Source: a virus
Taxonomy: Duplodnaviria > Heunggongvirae > Uroviricota > Caudoviricetes
Direction: 5' to 3' (one strand)
IMG/VR virus record: IMGVR_UViG_3300032156_000005
Span: 1 to 64,000 of that record
Length of the DNA: 64,000 nt
The translations under genes and the position numbers were made by a program. Positions 57,086 through 64,000 of the stretch are shown here, piece by piece (position 1 is the stretch's first letter; each line of letters opens with the position of its first letter). A model generated the notes under the pieces. It was not told the DNA's origin, searched no databases, and saw only the letters and a program-made list of their open reading frames with translations.

Positions 57086-57259
57086 ATGCCAGTAAAACAA
57101 GTGGTCGTCAGCGGAAAGCCAGCATATCGTTGGGGCGAGCACGGTAAAGCTTATACTTACACGCCAGGAAACGCTACCAGCCGAGAGCGTGCTAAAAAGA
57201 AGGCAATAAATCAGGGTCTAGCAGTGGCACGCGCCACTGGAACCAAGCCAGAACTATGA
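57086..57259 (+). CDS. Small basic protein (57 aa)
   Basis: ORF MPVKQVVVSGKPAYRWGEHGKAYTYTPGNATSRERAKKKAINQGLAVARATGTKPEL. Below the track cut-off. Confidence 0.3.
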   Translation: MPVKQVVVSGKPAYRWGEHGKAYTYTPGNATSRERAKKKAINQGLAVARATGTKPEL

Positions 57260-57744
57260 TAATCCCTATAACAAACAAGTGGTCTTGTATGGCAGCGTCA
57301 TTTTCAATGGCGTTGGGCATACCATTTGCTGTATTCATTAAAGAGATCGGGCACGATGGAAGTCAACCTTTTTTCGCAGACGAACAGTTTCATAGGGGAT
57401 TTCACATTCAGGAGTGTATTGACGTTTGTTTAAAACATGAATTCTCTTGCACAGAAATTCAAGCCTATTTTGGTTCTACACCCTTCTTTGGCTCGAAAGA
57501 AACTATTCCAGTTTACTCACAAGAGGCATGTGCTAAACGGTTTGAAGACTATCTACATTCCACATTTAGAGGGGTTCTTGGTGGTATGGTTATGCGTACC
57601 AATAATCTAACTGTTGGGCACGCGGTATGCTGGGATAGTAAACTTATACACGACCCTCGCGGTAGATCATACAGTTTTGAGGCTGCGAAATTAAACAACT
57701 TTTATCCACAGACACTTTGGATTCTCACTAAGACGGAGCAATAA
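57256..57744 (+). CDS. Hypothetical protein, possible C39-like cysteine peptidase fold
   Basis: Candidate Cys box KWSCMAASFSMALG and His box VGHAVCWDSKLIHDP. Weak. Confidence 0.3.
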   Translation: MIIPITNKWSCMAASFSMALGIPFAVFIKEIGHDGSQPFFADEQFHRGFHIQECIDVCLKHEFSCTEIQAYFGSTPFFGSKETIPVYSQEACAKRFEDYLHSTFRGVLGGMVMRTNNLTVGHAVCWDSKLIHDPRGRSYSFEAAKLNNFYPQTLWILTKTEQ

Positions 57745-58401
57745 ATGCCGAAACGAAGTTGGAAACTTGATGATCCATTGTTTGAATCCCTGCCAAAATA
57801 CGATAAAGATCGCACGCAAGAATTACTAGACTTGATTCAGTCCAATAAGGACACACCAAAAGACGAATTAATACTCCAGCTTCTAGCATTATGCAAGATA
57901 ATTTTACAGAGATTTTTGCGTGGTAATCATGCTATTAAACGGAATCTCCCTGATATAATTGGTATTCTTATGTTGCGTACTTGTGCTTGGGTTGACACCT
58001 TAAAGCATGGGCCGAAAAATAATGTAAAATCCCCGAGTTATTATTGGCAGCTAGTAAAGAATGAAATTAATGATTTTAAACTGGATGGTACTAACCCTAA
58101 TGTCTCTGGTGCTTGGTTGTGTAGGCAAGCAAGACACGGTAAATTACAACCTCAGCAGGTTTATTTGAAAGAGGATCTATTACAGATAAATCCAACTGAG
58201 ACTTTAGAGCTAGAAGATATACTAATCACACTGGCTGAAACGGAACAGGAACGTGGTGTTGTTATCCTGCGATTTAACGGATACACGGATGCCGAAATTG
58301 CAACCCAGTTTAATACAACCAGACGGTGCATTCAACTTATTCGAGCAGGCTTAGAATCTAGGTACGATCACTATTTACAGAGGAACAACCAATGCGTCTA
58401 G
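57745..58401 (+). CDS. Sigma-70 region-4-like transcription factor (putative phage sigma factor)
   Basis: C-terminal QERGVVILRFNGYTDAEIATQFNTTRRCIQLIRAGLESR resembles sigma-70 region 4 / LuxR-type HTH. Confidence 0.45.
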   Translation: MPKRSWKLDDPLFESLPKYDKDRTQELLDLIQSNKDTPKDELILQLLALCKIILQRFLRGNHAIKRNLPDIIGILMLRTCAWVDTLKHGPKNNVKSPSYYWQLVKNEINDFKLDGTNPNVSGAWLCRQARHGKLQPQQVYLKEDLLQINPTETLELEDILITLAETEQERGVVILRFNGYTDAEIATQFNTTRRCIQLIRAGLESRYDHYLQRNNQCV

Positions 58402-58859
58402 TATTTACTTGTGCTGCAATTATCCTAGCGGTAGCATATTTTACCAGTAGCCAGGACCGAATTTTACAGGAACAACAGACCTCTATTGCAGTCACAGAAG
58501 TCTTATTGTCTACTGAAAAGAGACTAACCAAAACCGAAGATAAGCTTGTTGAATGCGTAGACTATGTGAATCAACTGCGTGCAACAAACGCACTTCAAGA
58601 GACGGTAGTAGAAAATACGGCAGCGACCGTAAAGGAATTAACTGATGATAACGCTGAATTACAGAAAGAATTGGACTCCGTTTCTACTAAATTTTCAACC
58701 GCATGGTCGCAGTTAATCAAGACTCAGACCGATGTTAAGTCCCTAAATGACAAGATTCAAAAGTTGACAGCCGAGAATACCAAGTTGACAGCCGAGAATA
58801 CCAAGTTGACAGCCGAGAATATCCAGCTAAGAAAAGACGCGAATCGCAAGAGTCGCTAA
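58392..58859 (+). CDS. Membrane-anchored coiled-coil protein with (KLTAENT)x3 tandem repeats
   Basis: N-terminal TM CAAIILAVAYFT, then a long coiled-coil. Ends KLTAENTKLTAENTKLTAENIQLRKD, encoded by a 21-bp x3 DNA repeat (58761-58823). Confidence 0.4.
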   Translation: MRLVFTCAAIILAVAYFTSSQDRILQEQQTSIAVTEVLLSTEKRLTKTEDKLVECVDYVNQLRATNALQETVVENTAATVKELTDDNAELQKELDSVSTKFSTAWSQLIKTQTDVKSLNDKIQKLTAENTKLTAENTKLTAENIQLRKDANRKSR

Positions 58860-58893
58860 TACCACTAGAACTAAATTTAAGTAAGGAAAATTA

Positions 58894-60933
58894 ATGCCTA
58901 ATAAGCCTTCATTCGCTCAAACAATAATGGATCGAACCTATTCTCACTATTTAGAGGACGAGAATAGGCTTGAAACCTGGGAAGAGATTGCCACCAGAGT
59001 AACAAAAAATGTTATGAAGTCCGTTGGTGTCAATATGCGACAAAAACTCGCACAGGATATTCAACGGTTCATTGCTGAGAAAAAATTGATCCCAGGTGGT
59101 CGATACTTGTATGCCTCTGGTAATACTCGGCATCAAATTAACAATTGTCTGGCTCTAAAAGTCTATGACAGTCGTGAAGGTTGGTCCGAACTCTTGTCCA
59201 AGGCCAGCATGGGTCTAATGACAGGCGCAGGTATTGGTGTGGACTATAGTGATATTCGCTGCGAAGGTTCCCCAATTCGTAAGACAGGTGGAGTCGCGAC
59301 TGGCCCCATCTCTCTCATGCAAATTGTTAATGAGTGTGGTAGGGGGATAATCCAAGGCGGAAATCGTAGGTCGGCGTTATGGGCGGGACTTCGTTGGAAT
59401 CACCCAGATATCCATAAGTTCATTCGTATTAAAAACTGGCCGTCTGAAATACAGTCTTTAAAGGCAAAAGACTATAGTTTTCCAGCGGTTTTAGATATGA
59501 CTAATATCAGTGTTCAGTTGGACGATGATTTCTTTGAAGCCTACCAAGACGACGAACATTCGCAACATGCTTTGGCTCATGGTGTTTATTGGGCCTGCAT
59601 AGAACAAATGCTAAAAACGGGGGAACCAGGATTTTCCATTGACGCTGGAAAAAACGCTGGAGAGACTTTGCGAAATGCACCAGTGAGCGCTGATACGCAT
59701 GTTTTGACAGACGCGGGATATACTAAAGTCAAGGATATCATTGGCATACCAGTAACACTATGGACTGGAAAACAGTGGGCTAAGAATGTTATCTTTGAAT
59801 GTACTGGAATCAATGTCCAGACGCTAAAAGTAAAGATGTCGAATGATCGAGAGATAAACGCGGATCCTAGTCATGAATTTGTTGTACAGCTTGGCCTCGG
59901 ATTGACGATCAAAATACCGGCTAGGGATCTAAAAATTGGTCAGGTATTAAAGTCGGACGACAATGTCACAGTGTTATCGGTAGAACCAGACCGCATCGAA
60001 GACGTATACTGTTGTAATGTAAACTGTCCAGAGCATACATTCGTAGCAGAGGGTGTGGTTATTTCAAATTGCGGTGAATTATCTGCAAAAGAATCTGACG
60101 AACCTTGTAATTTAGCCAGCATCAATCTTTCAAAGGTAGAGAGCCTGGAAGAACTTAAACAGATCGTTGACGTAGCAACCGCCCTCTTACTGGCGGGTTC
60201 CGTATACTCGGACGTGCCATATAGTGATGTGGATAAGATGCGAACAAAGAACAGGCGACTTGGTTTGGGTCTTATGGGCGTACACGAATGGTTACTTATG
60301 CGAGGTAAACCCTATGGACCTGACGAGGAATTGGGGCAGTGGCTTTCTCATTATGCTAAGTCTGGCAAGTATGCAAATAAGTGGGCGGATGAGTGGGGAC
60401 TCTCGCGTCCGAAGAAGACTCGTGCAGTTGCCCCTACCGGGACGACCAGCATCGTAGCAGAAACTACAGGCGGTATTGAACCCATTTTCTGTGTGTCCTA
60501 CAAGCGACGATATCTAAAGGGCGATCAACAGTGTTATCAGTATGTAGTTGATCCATGTGCAAAGCGTTTAATCGAGGGAGGCATAAAGCCAGAATTGATC
60601 GAGGACGCCTACACACTTGCACAAGATGTTGAGAAGCGTGTTGCATTCCAAGCCTGGGTTCAAAACTACGTGGATCATTGTATTAGTAGTACAATCAACT
60701 TGCCAGCATACGGATCCGAGTTAAATAACTCGAATTTAATCCGACCCTTTGGTTCTATGCTAATGCGATATCTACCTCAATTACGTGGGATTACTTGTTA
60801 CCCAGATGGTAGTAGATCTGGTCAGCCGTTGTCACCTGTTCCTTATGAAGAGGCCACGAAGCATGAAGGGGTGGAAATGGTGGAAGAGTCCATGAATATT
60901 TGTAGTCTGAGAGGTGGTAGCTGTGGAGATTAA
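58894..60933 (+). CDS. Ribonucleotide reductase, class II-like, with intein-like insertion at the catalytic Cys
   Basis: Active-site motifs ...N|CGELSAKESDEPCNLASINL (N-x-C-G-E then C-N-L-x-S-I-N 12 aa later, class II spacing). N-terminal allosteric region PGGRYLYASGN. C-terminal redox pair CSLRGGSCGD. No NrdB gene nearby. Confidence 0.6.
   Translation: MPNKPSFAQTIMDRTYSHYLEDENRLETWEEIATRVTKNVMKSVGVNMRQKLAQDIQRFIAEKKLIPGGRYLYASGNTRHQINNCLALKVYDSREGWSELLSKASMGLMTGAGIGVDYSDIRCEGSPIRKTGGVATGPISLMQIVNECGRGIIQGGNRRSALWAGLRWNHPDIHKFIRIKNWPSEIQSLKAKDYSFPAVLDMTNISVQLDDDFFEAYQDDEHSQHALAHGVYWACIEQMLKTGEPGFSIDAGKNAGETLRNAPVSADTHVLTDAGYTKVKDIIGIPVTLWTGKQWAKNVIFECTGINVQTLKVKMSNDREINADPSHEFVVQLGLGLTIKIPARDLKIGQVLKSDDNVTVLSVEPDRIEDVYCCNVNCPEHTFVAEGVVISNCGELSAKESDEPCNLASINLSKVESLEELKQIVDVATALLLAGSVYSDVPYSDVDKMRTKNRRLGLGLMGVHEWLLMRGKPYGPDEELGQWLSHYAKSGKYANKWADEWGLSRPKKTRAVAPTGTTSIVAETTGGIEPIFCVSYKRRYLKGDQQCYQYVVDPCAKRLIEGGIKPELIEDAYTLAQDVEKRVAFQAWVQNYVDHCISSTINLPAYGSELNNSNLIRPFGSMLMRYLPQLRGITCYPDGSRSGQPLSPVPYEEATKHEGVEMVEESMNICSLRGGSCGD
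59677..60069 (+). mobile_element. Mini-intein-like Hint domain (~130 aa) immediately upstream of the RNR catalytic Cys
   Basis: Block A-like ADTHVLTDAGYTKVKDIIG, block B-like INADPSHEFVV, block F/G-like IEDVYCCNVNCPEHTFVAEGVVISN followed by +1 Cys (CGE). The N-terminal junction is non-canonical (no Cys/Ser at the expected position 1; RNAPVSADT), so the left boundary is approximate. Confidence 0.5.
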
Positions 60934-61414
60934 GAATTTAATGCGGCAGGCATACCTCTATGGAGACTGGTTCAGTGTTGACAAGAGCACACATCTGGGT
61001 GCAATACTCGTCGATGACACGGGTAAAATGCGTGCAATGGGGGTAAATACATTCACGGACGACACCCAAAAGGAAGTGGAAGCTAATTATTTCAGGCCGC
61101 GTAAATACCAAGTTACCGAGCATGCGGAACGTTCAGCCATCTACTATGCAGCTAGGAATGGCATAGCAACGCGTGGATTGACACTCATTTGCCCGTGGGC
61201 ATCGTGCCCAGATTGTGCCAGGGCTGCGGTTATGGCCGGTATCAAGGAAGTGATTGGGCATAAACAGGCATTTGATAGGACGCCAGATCGGTGGAAAGAC
61301 GAGATCAATGTAGGTTTCGAGATCCTAAAGGGTGGTGGTGTAACATACACCTTCTACGATGGTAAAATCGGGGACGTAGAGAATCTATTTAATGGGGAGA
61401 TTTGGCATCCATGA
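60914..61414 (+). CDS. dCMP deaminase
   Basis: Zinc-binding motifs HAERSAI (H-A-E) and CPWASCPDCARA (PC-x-x-C) of the cytidine/dCMP deaminase family. Confidence 0.8.
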   Translation: MVAVEIKNLMRQAYLYGDWFSVDKSTHLGAILVDDTGKMRAMGVNTFTDDTQKEVEANYFRPRKYQVTEHAERSAIYYAARNGIATRGLTLICPWASCPDCARAAVMAGIKEVIGHKQAFDRTPDRWKDEINVGFEILKGGGVTYTFYDGKIGDVENLFNGEIWHP

Positions 61415-62082
61415 TAACAGTAGTCGAGCCACGTTTTTATTGGCCAGAAACAACACGCTTTGATGGCATCTTGCAACATATCGAACGCTGTGGACGCACA
61501 TGCTATAGGTCAGAATCTCGGATCACTGAGGATTCATCCGAGAGATTTGTTAAAATGATTCGACAATCAGGGCATGAAAGTGTCCTGGAGCATGTATCTT
61601 TAACTGCGATTGTTGTTTGTAGTCGGGCCTGTTCGCACCAACTTGTTAGGCACAGGATAGCTGCGTACTCTCAGGAGTCGATGCGGTTCTGTAACTATGG
61701 TAAGTCAGAGAGTTTGCAGGTTGTTTGTCCTCCAAGTATTGGACTATCACCACGAGACTATAGCATCGATGATACTGATTATTTGTTTGCAAGTGATATG
61801 ATTAATTATCGACAATTTTGCTGGCTAAATCTACGAGAAACAGAATACGCAGAATATCTTAGCGAACTTAAAGAGGGCATCTTACCAGAGGATGCCCGGT
61901 ATAATTTACCAAATGCAACCAAGACAGAACTTGCCACAACCTTTGATCTGCGTCAGTGGCGACATGTCTTTAAGGAGCGTGCCTTGAATAAACACGCACA
62001 ATGGGAAATTCGCAACATCTTCTCTGGTATTCTTGCAGATCTAAAGACACGGATTCCTGTTGTTTTTGACGATTTGGCATAA
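61402..62082 (+). CDS. thyX: Flavin-dependent thymidylate synthase ThyX
   Basis: ThyX signature RHRIAAYSQESMR (R-H-R-x7-S-x-R). Confidence 0.85.
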   Translation: MASMITVVEPRFYWPETTRFDGILQHIERCGRTCYRSESRITEDSSERFVKMIRQSGHESVLEHVSLTAIVVCSRACSHQLVRHRIAAYSQESMRFCNYGKSESLQVVCPPSIGLSPRDYSIDDTDYLFASDMINYRQFCWLNLRETEYAEYLSELKEGILPEDARYNLPNATKTELATTFDLRQWRHVFKERALNKHAQWEIRNIFSGILADLKTRIPVVFDDLA

Positions 62083-62102
62083 TACTTGCTATTAAGAGAG
62101 CC

Positions 62103-63188
62103 ATGAAAAGACGAGAATTTTTAATGCAGGCCCACAAATACAACGCAGTAAAATGCGATGTTTCTGGGCATTATATCTCTGAAAAGTTAGACGGAAGCCG
62201 ATGTTTTTGGGATGGAGGGATCAGCCGTGGGCTACCAACCGAAACAATACCTTGGGCCAATATCTTGGACCCAAAAACAGGTTTAAAGAAGTCTAAAATT
62301 AAACCCATTGCATCGGGTTTATGGTCCCGGTATGGTAATCCAATTATAGCCCCAGATTGGTGGTTGAATCAATTGCCATGCATTCCGTTGGATGGCGAGT
62401 TGTGGGCGGGTCGTGGAAAGTTCCAACTATGCCGTTCTATCTGTGCTAAAGATGTGCCCGTCTCCAGTGAATGGGCTCTATTAGACTATGCCATAATCGA
62501 CAGTCCTCCATTTTCAGCCGTCTTTATGGATGGCCGAATCAACTGCCCCAATTTTAGGCACGAAATTAACCTGGACTGTGTTTCTAAGTGGCTAGCCTCG
62601 CGTGATAGTCTCTTGCATGATTACAAATTCCTACCACTCGGTATGATTTTTGAACAGACTATGGCACTTCTACAGCAATCTGTCCCATCAGAAGGCAAAA
62701 TCTATCTACTGAAACAGAAGATTCTACCCGTGTCGAATGCCGCTGAAGCAGTTGAAAAAGAACTCGAACGGGTTCTCGATTTGGGTGGGGAAGGTGTGGT
62801 AATCCGGGATCCAACGAGTTCATGGATGCCCCAGCGACTGCACACGGTGCTTAAATACAAGCCATATTCTGACGCTGAAGGTACGATTATAGGATTTACC
62901 AGTGGTAGGGAGACTGAGAGGGGCTCTAAGCATCTAGGTAAGATCGGTGCCCTCATTCTAGACTACAAGGGTAAGAGGCTGGAGCTATCAGGCTTAACGG
63001 ACGAAGAACGGGAGTTTGCTGACAAGGATCAATTTTTCGCCACCTGTAATCCAGGTAAGGTCATGCCCGCTGGGACCTATGGAAAGCACTTCCAACTAGG
63101 CCAAACGATCACATTTAAGTACCGAGAATTATCAAATGACGGCGTTCCAAAGGAAGCCAGATACTTTAGACCACGGGATGAGGAATAA
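62103..63188 (+). CDS. ATP-dependent DNA ligase (small phage-type)
   Basis: Motif I YISEKLDGSRCFW (K-x-D-G-x-R adenylation lysine). Downstream nucleotidyltransferase/OB region with EGVVIRD (motif IV-like) and LKYKP (motif V-like). Confidence 0.7.
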   Translation: MKRREFLMQAHKYNAVKCDVSGHYISEKLDGSRCFWDGGISRGLPTETIPWANILDPKTGLKKSKIKPIASGLWSRYGNPIIAPDWWLNQLPCIPLDGELWAGRGKFQLCRSICAKDVPVSSEWALLDYAIIDSPPFSAVFMDGRINCPNFRHEINLDCVSKWLASRDSLLHDYKFLPLGMIFEQTMALLQQSVPSEGKIYLLKQKILPVSNAAEAVEKELERVLDLGGEGVVIRDPTSSWMPQRLHTVLKYKPYSDAEGTIIGFTSGRETERGSKHLGKIGALILDYKGKRLELSGLTDEEREFADKDQFFATCNPGKVMPAGTYGKHFQLGQTITFKYRELSNDGVPKEARYFRPRDEE

Positions 63189-63189
63189 T

Positions 63190-64000
63190 ATGAGAAAACC
63201 TGCGTACCTATCGCCCAGCCAACTGGGCCTCTTTGAAAGCAACCGTGAGGAATACTATCTAAAGCATCTGGCAGAGGTTCGTGCGCCCAAGATTCCGCAA
63301 GCCAACTATATGAGTGTGGGTAGTGCATTCGATGCGTATGTCAAGTCAGCCCTACATGAATCGTTATTTGGCAAGGCTAATGACCCTAGGTTTGAGTTCA
63401 CTACCTTGTTTGAGACACAGGTGGAAGCCCACAACCGCGATTGGGCCCTTGGGGCTGGATTACATGCATTTGAGTCCTACAAGATTTCAGGAGCATACGA
63501 CGAACTACTGGCATTGCTACGTCAGAGTAAGTGTGCTCCACAGTTTGAGTTTACAATTGATGGAACAATTGAAAACGTACCCCTGTTGGGAAAACCTGAC
63601 TTGCGGTTTATCCATTCTGGCGGTGCCCACATAATTCTAGATTGGAAAGTTAGCGGATTTTGTTCAAAATCAGCAACAAGCCCGTGTAAAGATTATAGGA
63701 TGGTACGCGACGGGTGGGTGGGAAAGCAGTCCCGTGGTGTTAATTTAGCACACAAGGGGTATATTCCAATCGAGTGGAAGGGCATCGAGATTCACGGAGG
63801 TTGGTTAGAGAATGCCAATATGGATTGGGCTGACCAGCTTTCTATTTATTCATGGATGCTTGGAGAGCCAGTCGGATGCGAGAACGTGATTGTTTGCATC
63901 GATCAGATTGTGGCCAAACCAAATGAACCATATCCGCTGTTGCGAGTGGCTAACCATCGTTCAAGGATTTCATCGAGCTACCAACGGACAGTCATGGAAC
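63190..64000 (+). CDS. RecB-family PD-(D/E)xK nuclease (3' partial, runs off window)
   Basis: Open frame from ATG 63190 to the window end with no stop. Motifs GSAFDAYV (motif I-like), DLRF...ILDWKVS (D...D/E-x-K), QLSIYSWML (Q-h-x-x-Y) and downstream Cys (CENVIVC). Not in the track because no stop lies inside the window. Confidence 0.55.
   Translation, partial: MRKPAYLSPSQLGLFESNREEYYLKHLAEVRAPKIPQANYMSVGSAFDAYVKSALHESLFGKANDPRFEFTTLFETQVEAHNRDWALGAGLHAFESYKISGAYDELLALLRQSKCAPQFEFTIDGTIENVPLLGKPDLRFIHSGGAHIILDWKVSGFCSKSATSPCKDYRMVRDGWVGKQSRGVNLAHKGYIPIEWKGIEIHGGWLENANMDWADQLSIYSWMLGEPVGCENVIVCIDQIVAKPNEPYPLLRVANHRSRISSSYQRTVME

Overview
This window looks like part of a tailed dsDNA phage (siphovirus-like) genome, almost entirely coding, with four recognisable blocks. 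(1) 1–28.8 kb, plus strand: a virion module. It runs collagen-like tail fibre (5' truncated), large fibre/spike protein, a putative lysis/secreted cluster (Tat-signal papain-like peptidase, thioredoxin-like protein), GpA-like large terminase, portal, scaffold, major capsid, head–tail proteins with an inserted GIY-YIG homing endonuclease, tail tube, a chaperone pair with a candidate -1 frameshift, a 1306-aa tape measure protein and tail-tip proteins up to a 1047-aa central fibre-like protein. (2) 28.9–33.6 kb, minus strand: a replication block with DnaQ-like exonuclease, a dATP/dGTP-diphosphohydrolase-like protein carrying a (PAKK)6 tail, a metallophosphoesterase and an archaeo-eukaryotic-type primase/SF3 (D5-like) helicase. 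(3) 33.66–34.32 kb: a ~660-bp near-perfect palindrome carrying six copies of a 15-bp iteron-like motif. It sits between the primase-helicase gene (minus) and a ParB-like gene (plus) and is the most striking non-coding structure here. (4) 34.6–64 kb, plus strand: an accessory and nucleotide-metabolism region. It holds a tRNA(CAU), a MazG-like pyrophosphohydrolase, a hyper-acidic 56-aa candidate DNA mimic, an SNF2-like helicase interrupted by an HNH-containing intein in its P-loop, and a glycosyl-/methyl-transferase cluster (class I MTase, zinc-ribbon C-methyltransferase, GT41 OGT-like GT, later a GT1-MTase fusion). It also holds a split RNA-repair module (Rnl2-like RNA ligase, HTH-metallophosphoesterase, P-loop polynucleotide kinase broken by a T8 frameshift), family-A DNA polymerase with an overlapping HNH endonuclease, VRR-NUC nuclease, sigma-70 region-4-like protein, class II-like ribonucleotide reductase with a mini-intein-like insertion at the catalytic Cys, dCMP deaminase, ThyX, ATP-dependent DNA ligase and a RecB-like nuclease (3' truncated). 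All calls are from reading motifs in the translated ORFs and the DNA itself; no database searches were run.
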